From the NCBI GenBank assembly GCA_965644265.1, contig OZ286459.1, positions 118,296,001-118,360,000 of the forward strand: a stretch of 64,000 nucleotides of DNA, in the 5' to 3' direction. Positions 13,076 to 26,110 of this stretch are shown piece by piece. The stretch's first letter is position 1. Every line of letters begins with the position of its first letter. The notes beneath the pieces are model-generated. The model was not told the origin of the DNA. It did not search any database and saw only the letters and a program-made list of their open reading frames with translations. Origin of the DNA: Glycera tridactyla. Taxonomy: Eukaryota. The position numbers and the translations under genes were made by a program.

Positions 13076-14966
13076 GATCCATGACGCTGAATATTTCGCC
13101 AATTACCGAGTCATGACACACGTTTGTGTAGTATTCTTGTTGTTGACCTACTGATTATGCATCGACAGCTTGCGGCATCTTCTGTAGCTCTATCATCATC
13201 ATAAAGTCCTTAGTAACATGTAACGACCCGTAACTAGCCTCACAATTAGATTTCCATATGATCATGTCTGCTCCCCCTCAAAGGCTTCGCTACTGGAACT
13301 GCATCAGTGAATCCCTGGAACTCTGCATGACATATGTAGATAACTCCAGAAATTTTGGATCGTCGTAACTCAGAATAAAGCTAAGCATCTAGAGCGTCTT
13401 TAGAAATGTTGCGCTAATTTGAACCATATCGACTATGACCCCCGCAACCCAGTGAGAGCGTACGTCTTCATACAGAATACAGGATACAGAACTTTTTATT
13501 GCATAAGATATGTTACAAATTTACACTTGACCTGGTGTGGTCCCTATCTGGCACTCATGCAAACAATAATTAAATAACACAGGTGACTAACAGTATCAAC
13601 GATTGACATTGATATTTACAGAGTTCTGACATTTGAGATATATACAACAAGCAAGGAGAAAATGATTATGTATTATATATACAAACACCACAAAGTTTCA
13701 TTCCATCTACAGGACATTCAAAATTAAAAGTTATGCTATAATATGTACACGTCGGTCATAGGCACGCACGCAATTAGACATCCACAGGCGCTTCCCATTT
13801 AATAATGACTCAAGTAAGACCGGTCTGCTGGTGGCTCTTGGAGTTTTCCAAATAAACTGCAAACGACAAATATTGAGTCTTCAAGCCTGCATGTATGAAT
13901 GCGAATAAGCTGGAATGGATCTCGACCTTGTTCCTTGAATCAGTAATGGGAACTTTTTAGCGTCGGAATAACCATATTCTCTGGTCAGCTATTGAGAATT
14001 GTACCTGATCCGATCAGCATACTTCGGTATTTTTCTCCTTTCGTCACCAATTGAACAAGTCGTTAGGGGAACACCAATTTCTTGTCCGTTATCAAACTGT
14101 TGTGGAATTAAAGGGTTTGAAGGATTTCGTGATTTAATATGCACGTATTCGAACATTAAACTAGCTATATATGTGCCCATGACTTTACCATAATACAGAG
14201 AAGGATTGGTCATGATGAGGTGTCCTGATCAATTGACTACCTCATGATCTGGCAGTGGTAATTCTGAAATGACTTATGTTGAATGATTCCTGCATTGCTA
14301 TTGAGCAGTCCTCATATCCGATGATATCTCACAGCAAATGCGATGGTATTTGGCTGATAAACGACAATTCTAGCCACAATGACTGCATTTCTCGCACATA
14401 CTGAACACATGTCATATAGGAAATATGGGTATATTTTCTTCAGTCACTTTGTGACAGGGAATTCTTAAAGACGGAGAGAATATCATGCCATGCTATGGTT
14501 TATACGACGACAGCTTAATGCGCGAATTCATATAAGCGGTGTTTGCCTATCAGTCCTCAGTATACCATGGCAGCTATGGCATTTATCATGCAATCACCGA
14601 CCTGTATACTACTGTTCATAAGCATTATTGTGGACAGAACTTGACCCTTTGAAGAACATTGCGAGAAAACATGATGGATATTCAGCCCGAATGAGCAGTA
14701 TGAGGATCTGTGGATTTCAAAGCATCGATTTGAATTTTGTCGCTGGCCAATCAATATGGAGAAGATCGATGAGAGATCAGGTTTCAATTATGTAATTCGT
14801 TGTTTCATAGCTCCCAACAAAATGGAATAGACGACCAGACATTGTTCCCCAGCCCAGGAGCCCTAGCTATTATATCCCCATTCACAAGGCGGGCACCAGA
14901 CACACCACTTCAGTGTTTAGATCTTATCGGAACTTACTCAAATTCGTTCGAAGAAGCTTGCAACTG

Positions 14967-15336
14967 NNNNNNNNNNNNNNNNNNNNNNNNNNNNNNNNNN
15001 NNNNNNNNNNNNNNNNNNNNNNNNNNNNNNNNNNNNNNNNNNNNNNNNNNNNNNNNNNNNNNNNNNNNNNNNNNNNNNNNNNNNNNNNNNNNNNNNNNNN
15101 NNNNNNNNNNNNNNNNNNNNNNNNNNNNNNNNNNNNNNNNNNNNNNNNNNNNNNNNNNNNNNNNNNNNNNNNNNNNNNNNNNNNNNNNNNNNNNNNNNNN
15201 NNNNNNNNNNNNNNNNNNNNNNNNNNNNNNNNNNNNNNNNNNNNNNNNNNNNNNNNNNNNNNNNNNNNNNNNNNNNNNNNNNNNNNNNNNNNNNNNNNNN
15301 NNNNNNNNNNNNNNNNNNNNNNNNNNNNNNNNNNNN
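14967..15336. other. Assembly gap (N-run)
   Basis: Run of N. Confidence 0.99.
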
Positions 15337-15499
15337 ATTCCACTGTGATCTGAGATCAATCAACATCAGAGAGGTTACTCCTACTTGAGGGTCTCAATTT
15401 ACTTAATCAGATTTGAGAGCACTTCTGAGTCTGGCATGGATATCTCACCCGCGGCTCCTGGGGGTCAAATGAAGGCATCACATGACTTGTGGCGAGGAT

Positions 15500-15538
15500 G
15501 GGTGGGTGGGTGGGTGGGTGGGGGGGGGGGGGGGGGGG
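15500..15538 (+). repeat. (GGGT)n plus poly-G tract
   Basis: Five GGGT units followed by a G homopolymer. Confidence 0.95.
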
Positions 15539-15631
15539 TTCGTCAGTTTGGCAAGCCATTAGCGTCGGCTTGTCACAATATAGTCTATCAGATGAAAGTG
15601 AATGTGAAATAGCACCACTCCCCTCCATTCA

Positions 15632-15635
15632 ACAC

Positions 15636-15670
<35 letters not shown>

Positions 15671-15770
15671 AATACACACCAATACACACAGAGTCTGAAA
15701 ACACACATACACCATCACGCACACTCCTGGGTGCACACATACATGTACATACATATACATTATTTTCAAG
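15632..15770 (+). repeat. (CA)n microsatellite, degenerating to (TACA)n
   Basis: Direct reading. Confidence 0.9.
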
Positions 15771-16036
15771 CTTATATATTCTCGTACATACACGTAAAAT
15801 TTGGTGGACGATCACTATATGGTCAAAAGTTTTGGTATCAGAGTGTTGCTCACTGAGACCATACAGGAAGGCCCTCCCTCATCTATCTGCCATTCCTGGA
15901 TCGTCAGGCCCTCTATGTCGCCCATCAAGCATATTGCACCGAACGGACTGCGACATGAGCAATGTTGTGCCACCTTGTCGTGCGTTCTTCGCGTGTGAAC
16001 ATAGCCACGTACATGGTTACTTTTTCGACTCTTCAG

Positions 16037-16037
<1 letters not shown>

Positions 16038-16074
<37 letters not shown>
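16038..16074 (+). repeat. (TA)n microsatellite
   Basis: Perfect run. Confidence 0.97.
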
Positions 16075-16076
<2 letters not shown>

Positions 16077-16816
16077 GAATATATATATCTGAATGTGTAT
16101 TCGCTTTTTGATATAAATCCGTTCGCATGTCTAGAATTGCATGCCAGACCTGAATGTGGAGTGTGTGCACATCAAGAATATATGCATGCATTTTCTCAAT
16201 TGGTGGATGATCGGCTCGTTACTTCAGCCTAACCACAAATTTGCATCCTTATCAGTGGGAATGTTCTGTCACTAATCATCTCACCTTCATGCAAACAGGC
16301 ACACTGACGACAATTTGATGGAGCAATTTTTGCTGCGGGGTAGGAAGCGGCGGTCACGTGACTGATCTCGTGATGGCGTCCAATGAAATCTCGTCATTCA
16401 TTACTCATCCCATCAACGTTTCATCATGCTTCACCAATCATATGCTAATCTTATTTGTCTCTTATCTGGGCTTGGGAAATTGCTTTTGTGGCTATAATTG
16501 GCATTTCTATTGCTCCTAGGTACCGATAATGAGAGAAGATCAACTCATGATTTTTGTCAGAATATATGAATGATATTCTAGGTCCATTTTATATGTGGCA
16601 TCGCAACTTGCATGCAATATTGGTAGTGGTGACTTGTGTTGAGAAAACGTTATGCTTTCACAACCTAAGACTGGTTGAGTGATACCAACCACCGGTGCAT
16701 GCAAGCGTGCAGGTTGACATAATCCTTCACTCATATCTGCTGTGAGATACAAACAGCACCTTAAAATGGCATCATTGTGATGATGCAGGTCATCCTAGGT
16801 GACCTCCATCATGGTA

Positions 16817-17370
16817 GATTTGATTTGATTTGATTTGATTCCATTTTTATTCACATTCGTCATGACAATTAGACACACAAACAGTGTTCGTTTTCAGGAT
16901 GACGACAAATGTATATACAAAGGAAACATGTGATAAATGGCAATATGAGGTGAATTATATACAAGATTGATATGAATGGTGAGATGAATGATGTCCCCGT
17001 AATCAAATAACGGGGAGAACAACGACTTATAAAACATGATTGCAGTGTTTTTACTGATTATTGGCCTATTTCCTCAATCGTTTTGGACGCTTGAAACTCA
17101 GTGTCTGTTTCAGCTCTATACCTAGATAGTTCATGCTTTTGACACTCTCAATTTTCTCTGTCCCTAACATGAGGGACAGTTCTCTAAACTGGGACAGTTT
17201 GTGCAGCAGACCGGTAGTCATTACCTTAGTCTTGCGGATATTGAGAAAGAGTTTGTTTGCCTACATTCAGATGGTAACATGTTCTATGATTGTTGACATA
17301 TTATCTTTTATCTCCGCTGGGGAGCTACTTGTGACACTAATGGCAGTGTCATCCGCATATAGAAAACCTT
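16817..17370 (-). mobile_element. 5'-truncated, internally deleted CR1/L2-like LINE with intact 3' end
   Basis: Minus strand: FLYADDTAI (YADD at 17348-17359), then ANKLFLNIRKTKVM and IESVKSMNYLGI. The 3' end has a stem-loop (TCCCCGT 16994-17000 pairing with ACGGGGA 17010-17016), AATAAA (16846-16851) and an (AAATC)n tail (16817-16840). Confidence 0.85.
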
Positions 17371-18519
17371 TCATCGTGTGACATCCAACAAACTCTGGAT
17401 GTGCGCTTGATGTGACCCCCTCAGGTAACGTGGTTAATCGTTTGTGTACATGCTGAACAATGATAGCCCTATAATAGAGCCCCGAGGGTCAGGTTTTTGA
17501 GTAGACAGTCTCACACCACCGATCCTTGAGACAACTTTCGACCCATCTCACCGATTTCCATACCTAGTCAGTTTGTTAACTAGTTTGTTGACCTGCAGGA
17601 ATGCCTCATGGCTGTCTGTCTATGAAGAGTATTAGCGATCACACCTATCTGGGAAAAGACTATTAGGCCACTGCAGAATGTTCGACTATAGCGATGGTGG
17701 ACATTTGCAATCGATGATCGGACACGTGGTCCATTTCTACCAATCATTCACTATAATCAATCAGCTGCCCATCTATCTTCATGAGTGTAACAAGTTCGTC
17801 TCCTGTATTTGTCATACCATATTTGATGTGGTTGGCAGTTTATATAAGACGTGGTGGATCATGCTCTAGTATCATACCATGTTTAGTCGATTTTGCAACG
17901 ACATCTCGTGGCAGGTATGTTTAAGCATTCATCTCTGAACATGAAGCAACCTTGTGGCTCGGATACTGAACAGTATTCATTATCATTGACTGTTGGCATG
18001 TTGGCATGTTGGCATTCACATCTGAGTGAAAACGACTGATGGGGTTCAGTGGAGTACGGATGACCAACACATTACATGTGAACGAGAAGCATAGTTCATA
18101 CACATCTGTATAATGGTGCAGGTCCAGTATCGAAAAGTGAAATGGTCAAACTTATCTCTTATCTCACTTATGTCACTCATCTCAGCAGGAGCTCTGTTCA
18201 CCACTGGAATCGCGAAGGAGCATAGTATAATGGAGAAGCGAAGTGACTAAATCTCCTCCTATTTCGCACGTGACGCTATGAGTTGCGGGATCGTGTGTAA
18301 AAGGATTGGACCTCCATCGTGTTTCTCAAACTCAAACCTGGTCCCCGTTCCGATCGCAACATAATAATCTGATCATATGCACTAACTACCGAATGAGTGT
18401 TATCGTGCACACTAGGGATTTCTCTCACGGTTTCGGAGGCTTACAAGGCTATCTACTAGAAAGCGTATACAGAATATCCACACTGTTTTGTTGACACGAT
18501 ACGGGAGAAATGCAATAAA

Positions 18520-18660
18520 TGCTATTCGATATAATGGAGTGCAAAACAATATGGTATATAACATCACAACATGGTACGATGGTATATGATTTCGCATGTT
18601 ACAATACGCTCGAATACAAGAAATATATTACAGCACGATACAATACAATACGATGCAATG
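18520..18660 (+). repeat. Degenerate (ATACA/ATACG)n pentanucleotide tract
   Basis: gatacaatacaatacgat core with decayed flanks. Confidence 0.5.
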
Positions 18661-20340
18661 AAGTGTCCTCTAATTGCTTGATTAAGGACCCAGATGGAGG
18701 AATCTCGAATAATCCCACCCATCCTCATTGCATAGGCGTCTCGATATAGCCTAGATTGTGCTGACGGGGCGTGAAAGTAACAATCGACTGAGCAACCTGA
18801 CCGAATATAGTCTGGTTTCGAGTTTGTATGCATCTTCCGGTCATCATGTTGAGGGTGGCCATTTGGTCTTTGGTTCACCAGCAGTAGGTCGGGGCGGATC
18901 TACGTTGCCGCCAATGCCGTTCGCCTGCAACAAGTCATATTCTGAGATGGCGACTGAAACGCGTTCAGAGAAACGATACAAAAATCTGCCGAATCGCAGC
19001 TGAGATGACAGAATAGAGAAGACAGACATGCAATTTACGGGGGATTTTGGAAAGGAACGTATGAATGTTTAATGTGCTTTCGTGATAAAAAGACGGCTGA
19101 TGAGAGCATGAGGCAGGTGTTAGAAGGTGGTGTAATTAAAGAACCAACAAGAGAACGAAATGCATTATGAATATAATTAGACACTCTCCGCGTTGACAAC
19201 TGAAAACCGCTGGGAGCAAGACACGTATCTGCCAGCTATGCTCGCAGTTATTCTTATTGGCACACTCGGATTTTTGTCACTAACACATTCAGAAGAGACA
19301 GCTCTTGTCTTCGCCAAATTTCTCAAAGTGCCGCCAAGACACTTACACGATTGTCCGCACATCCTCATTATCTCAACCACATGCATGATCAATTTACCCT
19401 CATCCCTTAAGTAATACCTGATACAGCTTCTCTTATCTTATCAGGAATGGATTATTAGTCTCATTGTTACCAAAACAGCTTTCCAGGAACAGCACAGTTA
19501 TTATGAATGGGAACTGATACAGTTTATTCATTGTTGGAGCGATATACTATCTGTCACTGAATGTCTTAATGATTTCAAAAGAACACTATTGTCAAAGCCA
19601 ACTTCACCAAAACTTGATTCTGAGAGTGGTCTCTGAAAGCATGCATGTAATTGCCATCCCATTCAATCCATTCACATTCTTCTCCCTATTTTTGTGACAC
19701 TATTGAATGAAGCGAGTTTTTTCAATTACTGAGTTACGCTCTGCGCTACAACGGTCAATATAGGCGAATGTGTGAGGAGTTGTATAGTAGAAATGTGCAT
19801 GGTGCCTCTGTATGTATCGATATTTCTCCGGTAGTTTACACCGGGCAATACATGTGGGTGGTTCTCTATTTCGTCAATGACAAGCACAATAGCCCGGATG
19901 CGTCGGTCAATCACGGATAACAACAAAGCTGTGAGCAAGGACTATTACAGTTTGCTCTATGGATACAACTCCAGTGGCATCGTACGGTCTCCATTGTTAA
20001 AGGGTCGATACTAGGATTTCATACACGATAAACTAGAAGTTCGAAAATGTAGGGCGCGGAAAAAAAACATGTTATACATGTGAAACAGTACGATCACATG
20101 TACGAAAACCTTCAAAGATGCCAATAATAACACATAGCATACCATGCTTAGTCAGTCTAGTTATGAGAGTCAGATATGAACTCTTCTTTCTCCATATCGC
20201 ATAATATGCATCGCGTCAGTTCATGCTTTTGAAAAGGATGTATGGAAACTATACAGGGATATAATTTGCCAGTGTTTTCAAACGGCCACAATAGGATATC
20301 CATACGTGGCTGCAGTACTGTGCGTGTAAAAGCATATATA

Positions 20341-20480
20341 CAGTTGAACCTCCTCTGAACACCACTCTAGAAAGACCACCTCTCTATAGATACCACCATG
20401 AGCCACGACGGTGGTAGTATTCTCAACAGTGAGTGACCTCTCTATGTAGACCGCCTCTCTATATAGGCCACTTTTTGATG
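20341..20480 (+). mobile_element. Left part of a pogo/Tigger-like (Tc1/mariner) MITE
   Basis: TA|CAGTTGAACCTC start with internal GACC(A/G)CCTCTCTA-like repeats; closely resembles the reverse complement of the right end of the 45087-45262 element. Right end not found. Confidence 0.5.
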
Positions 20481-23310
20481 CGACCAAGGGCATATTTAGA
20501 AATGAACAACCATTCAACGTTAGTTGGAGAACTTATATCTCTTCTCCATTACTTCGATGGCTGTCACAATGTTTAGCTATATGACACACACTTGCCAAGT
20601 GTGAATCTTTTTTAAGGATGCCTGCCTTGCAGGCAGCCTTCTTCATACCACTCTCGTTTGGGACTGCAGTTTAGATGACAAATAATGGAACATATTTTAA
20701 CAGTTTTTTTGGGACAGCCAATTGAAGGTGATAAACTGCTTTGATTCCTATGAAATCTTGTAGGTTTGTTGTAAAAGCCTGTCTGCTTTGTATGGTCTAC
20801 TTGGAGAGCTCTTTATGGGTCTACTTTTCATGAAATTGGCTCCGTCTTCAAGGGATTTCTTGCCAGCTCAAGATCGATGTTGGCTGTGCTTCAGTTTTGA
20901 TACTGGTAATGATATGAATAAACTCCACTCTCACTTGTTCATTTCTAACTGAAGTTGTAATGCACATTATGACTATATGTCGAATCATTTTAATCTATAA
21001 AGCCAATCAAGTGTTTGATTGCATGGATTGTTGATTGATAGGTGAAATTTACATGTTCGATGGTTATGTTTCGAGAGTAAGAAGCAGCCCATGGTCTGGG
21101 TGGATGAGCCAGATGAAGTTGTCTGCTCGAAACAAACACCTCGCCATTTGGGGCTAAATGATCAAGGAAATATTGAACTCACAGTTGGAACAATCATATG
21201 AATGAATACCTCAGCACCCGCATATCATATCCATGCATAAATCTCGAAAATCCGTCGAATATTCGCGGAAAACCGTGGTCAGAGATCAGCCAGAGATGGA
21301 GATATATGTTACCGGGCATCCTTCCTTCAGCCTTCAGGCCCAGTTCCCTGATATAATACAACAGGTGATGGATAAATGGTTCAAAGTTCTTCAAACACAC
21401 AATTAACGATCCGTCATTTATTGCTTCGAGCGATTTGATAGGACAATTGTCAAATTCGATGTGATCGTTTGTTGGAGATAAAATTCATATAGGAAGGAAT
21501 TTGGGTGTCATAGCAGGTAGCCTTTATTGTATCATCCGCAATAGTGTTGATGGTATGTCTTCAATGAACCATGGGCTTGATTAGCTGATTTCTTAGCGAT
21601 CGCAGTTCCAGTATATAAGATGCATATTAACATCTCTCAACTTCATCAACCATCAATTAGAATTGGATATCTGATCAAATATCTCATCTTTATTGCATAA
21701 TTTTGCTAGGCATAATGACCACCACCGATAGTCTTTTCCGATAAAAGATAATGATGATAGGAATATGAAATGGAGTACTCGTGTTGATACTTTGTAATTC
21801 CCCAGTAAAATATTCTCCGATAGATTGTGTCATCCTCAATACACAAGAGTGGAATTCGAGATTGCATGAGCGTTCATATGTGTATGTGTAATTATACATG
21901 TGTGTTGTTGAGTGTAATTCCATAAAACGCACCCACAAAGCCATGTAACCTAACCGTATACATCTGCAGCACGAAACACTGATTTTCATTATGTAGCTTG
22001 AAATGCAGGGCACTGGAAGGTTGGTAGTATGCGACTTGGAAGGTGAATATGTTTGAGAGCATCGTTGAGTCGACTGAGATATTGCTCGTTCCGATTATCC
22101 CAGGACTATTTGTTTGAGGAGTGAGGACCATTGCAGGGGCGGAGATGGTAGATCACACTCTAATGTCGTCATGATCGCATGTTTGGGGAGGGTGTATCCC
22201 TTTAAAATCTTTAAATGCCGGCACAATGACAGTTGGGACAGGCTGATCGCAAGTACTTGGTCAACATGAGTGAATGTATTCACCAGGGATCATTTATACT
22301 GACTGACTGCTCAGCCATGTGAAAGTGTAGACATCGAACAAATTATCGAACACATCTGGATTTCTGCAGGCTATCGACTCTCTGGCTCTTGCTTCCTAAT
22401 GACCACTAAATTCCGTTATGTATGGTTCGAGACAAATCTTTATCCAGGAAAATAAGATACACGGAAACACCCAGGGCTATTCATCTTGACGAAGACAACC
22501 CTCTTCAACAGAGGTTTTTATCGACTAAACAATTCACGCTCCTATCTCGCCTCCGGAGACACGTCTATATTATTTGCGAACTTTGCTGCCTTTGTATCAG
22601 AATACATTTCTTCTTTTGACACCTAAGGGTGGTGTCAACGATCAAATGGGATATTCCTTCACGTCAAGAAGGAATAACAATGCACATGTGCGTGCGTGAG
22701 TGACAGTAAGAAGGTGGGCTCAGGTGCCAGCAGAACTGCTTGATGAATGAGTGGCCACTTTAATAAGATGATAGCCGAAGACGAAGAGAGAAGAACATGT
22801 CGTCTAGGCCTGACGGTCAGGAAATGACCGGAATTGGTACTACCAATGATATAAACAATGGAGCGATCAATCATCAAAACAACCCCCCGGTCTGAATGAG
22901 ACGGCAACATCAACATCGATTTCGGAACGAATATATATCCGGTATTTGGGATGATACTCAATTGTCTTGAGGGTAAACAAGTGCGAGGTGTTGTATATAG
23001 GCTGAAGCCTCACGGATATATGGTATCTCTATTCACGGAGAGAAGATAACTGGTGTCTATGTAAATGTTTGCTCTGTAGCCCACATACTTACTGAAAGTA
23101 GGAATAACTTCTGACTTCCTTCAGACAGCCCACCAACACGTGGCCTCTATTGCCAGACGTTTGCTCGCTACTTCTGGCCTCCCCGGCTATTGACCCAATA
23201 TACCAGAATAGAAGGATATATTACGAACAATGTCCGATCATATCGGGCGAAATACATCAATTATGTGCTATTATCTTATAGTATCACTGTCCTCCTATCC
23301 CGGATCTGAA

Positions 23311-23409
23311 TCTGTCTGTCTGTTTTTCAGTCTGTTTGCTTGCCTGCCTGCCTGCCTGTCTGTCTGTCCGTCTGTCTCTCTCTCTGTCTCTCTCTGTCTG
23401 TCTGTCTGT
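23311..23409 (+). repeat. Compound (CTGT)n/(CCTG)n/(CT)n microsatellite
   Basis: Direct reading; lies just before a gap. Confidence 0.92.
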
Positions 23410-23422
23410 TCACCTCAACTCT

Positions 23423-23651
23423 NNNNNNNNNNNNNNNNNNNNNNNNNNNNNNNNNNNNNNNNNNNNNNNNNNNNNNNNNNNNNNNNNNNNNNNNNNNNNN
23501 NNNNNNNNNNNNNNNNNNNNNNNNNNNNNNNNNNNNNNNNNNNNNNNNNNNNNNNNNNNNNNNNNNNNNNNNNNNNNNNNNNNNNNNNNNNNNNNNNNNN
23601 NNNNNNNNNNNNNNNNNNNNNNNNNNNNNNNNNNNNNNNNNNNNNNNNNNN
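23423..23651. other. Assembly gap (N-run)
   Basis: Run of N. Confidence 0.99.
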
Positions 23652-23824
23652 TGCCCCCCCCCCCCCCGCCAGCTCTCATCACTCACCATCTTTCCCGGTG
23701 TCGATCCCGAACCAGTCTCTGCTGAGAGAAGCGGTATCGGTAGCCGGATTTCTCGGTGCGGACCTTTACATAACATAGAATATACTTCGGCCCTGGATTA
23801 CTAGATCATACATGGCACAGCACC

Positions 23825-24190
23825 GGATATCAGCAGATATTACAGACTCTATATCCTGTTACATCAGGAGATTTTAAGGCCTATACATCATCAGATATCA
23901 GTAGATACTACAGGTTATATCGGACCGGGGTGATCACGGGCAAAATTCCATTAGTTATCGGCATTTATTACAGATTATATGCCATTAGATGTCAGCATAT
24001 ACCACAGGTTATTTATCTTCAAAAACCTCTGCAGATGATACAAGTCGGATCAGCATCACATATCAGCAGGTATCACGAACAGTGTATGGCTCGATACGAG
24101 CATATATCACAGGCGACATATCACTATATACAAGAGGCCTCAGCATATTACATACCACTCAATATCAGTGGATATTACACATTCAGGAAA
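23825..24190 (+). repeat. Highly degenerate minisatellite with core ATATCAGCAGATATTACAG
   Basis: Core variants near 23828, 23894, 23954, 23988, 24059 and 24161; spacing irregular, partly about 34 bp or multiples. Confidence 0.45.
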
Positions 24191-24893
24191 TATATCATAT
24201 AAATATGTTACTGATATTCGGGTCATCTCCCTCGTTTCATCCTTTTGCATTGACCTGTTGAACCTCTGTGTTGAATCAACTCAAATCATGAAAACAGTTC
24301 TTCGATATCGATATTCTCATTAATGCTTATTGCGAATCGTTCATACGCCGACTGTTTGATAGTTCGGGATAGTTTTGGATTGACTGAAAACATTTGTATG
24401 CCCAACACATTCAGATCGTATGACTAACGGAATATTGATGAGCTGTATAATCAGTCAGGTTCAGACGCCAAGCTCACTCTTCTTGATGTGACACTGACGT
24501 GTTATTGCTGCTCCCCATCACAGTCAGACTGCTTTTATTGACAGAATACACCTGAATAAACCCGAACAATACTCTATTAGATTAACCTTTCAACATTGAA
24601 TGAAGCTTTTCATTTTTTTCTTGTTCCCTCTCATCAGCACGACGGGATGCTCGAATAACATATGTCCATGTAGTCATTGTGAAGAACCCACAGCGCATCG
24701 GGGGAAATATCATCAGGGATAACTGGAGGGCTATCTGTTGTCATCCTTACTCTACCATATCCTGCCAATAAGTCGATCAGCCGAAGCACCGTTTTGCAGA
24801 AAGAGGGTCGTGATTGTTCATGAACCATCTCAAGAATGAGCCCTTTCTTTCCTTCAATGGTAGCAGCCTGATTTCCCTACCAAGCACCTCTGC

Positions 24894-25410
24894 AAGAACC
24901 TGAGTGTCATATCTGATGGTGACCTCACTCTCAAGCCTTTGTGTCTACCTTCTCCCAACTGCAGAAAGATACCTGCAGCCAAGAATTCTTGAAACCTGAA
25001 GCTTAAAAGACCTTCGTTCACTCATCCACTTGAACAAAACTAGTCTTTTGGAAAGGCAAACTTTTTGGCCTGCTCAAGATCCACATCAGTTAGCTTCCTA
25101 CCATTAGTCGTGCAGTTCGCTCAACAATACCCAGCGGCCATCATCAGCTTATTCCTCCTATCATGAAAACACGTCACTGGCTTCCTAGAAAACACCATAT
25201 GAATTTCAATATTGTGTCTCACCTACAATGCTCTTCATAGCTTGGTCCTCGGTACCTGCCACTATTGCCTCTCCCCCACGCACCTTCACAGTCTGTACAC
25301 TCCCATGATGGACACCTGTGAGCCTACACAAACCAGAACATAGCACCTTTGCTCATGCCTCTCCCTGGACATTGAACCTGTACCCTGCTTCAACACTTTC
25401 AAGGCGAGAT
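24894..25410 (+). mobile_element. Decayed L2-clade LINE, ORF2 3' end
   Basis: KNLSVISDGDLTL (cf. KNLGVIFDS.L), IPPIMKTRHWLPRKHHMNFNI (cf. HITPVL..LHWLP...RI.FKI), then with frameshifts LTYNALHS and LGPRYL (cf. LTYKALHGL.P.YL). Confidence 0.8.
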
Positions 25411-25896
25411 TTGTAACCAATGTATCGACTGACGCATCCTCACCAGACTGACTTCATAATCTGCTCTTTCTTCCAGGTACACAACTGAGTGTAGTGCCTT
25501 TGAACACATGTGGGAAGGGCGGTATACAAATACACACTGTTATTACCGATCAATACTATCATTATTCTCTCATATTCACCACCGTTATATGCAAATGTGT
25601 ACCCCTCATAGCGAGCATGATCCGAATCAGAGGAAACTGTATTTTGATATTAATTCCCAGTGTGACCTATTTCGATTGAAGATGGGTGCGTACGAATTCA
25701 ACAGAATCAGTTGATGTTTTTTTTGGAGCAAAACACAAATTTTCTGATTTTGGTCATTGTTTGAGTTTCGAAAATGTTGATAATATCTCTGAATATTAAA
25801 AAAATGTCTACGATCTTTTCTATCCTCTCAATTTTCAATATGTTTCAGATTTGGTTGTTGATGGAGTAGATCACGGAATCCAGACAAAGATATAAG

Positions 25897-26110
25897 ATGG
25901 ATACGTTGTTGGTGCTGTTGTTGGTGTTGTTGGAGCAAGTGACGGTGACCGTGACGGACCATGATCAGGCAGGATATTGTCAAGTCTACAGTTATAACAT
26001 CAATCATCGTAACTCTGGCAACCACGAGAGACACTTCTTCGTTTGCTGTAATAACTATGAAGAGAATGCTTGCCGAGGATATACGTATCAGAAACGTTCA
26101 AGAGTTGAAT
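25897..26110 (+). CDS. Candidate first coding exon (exon 25849-26110) of a secreted Cys-containing protein or peptide precursor
   Basis: Acceptor ctcaattttcaatatgtttcag| at 25848; ATG in A..ATGG context at 25897; hydrophobic N-terminus MDTLLVLLLVLLEQVTVTVT; Cys28, Cys50-Cys51, Cys59; KR at 66-67; perfect donor AAT|gtaagt at 26111 (phase 1). Confidence 0.5.

Noticed and set aside
21520-21570. FIEDIP...ADDT, a possible LINE RT relic (minus strand)
   Set aside because: Only a few residues across a frameshift, with no downstream RT motifs.
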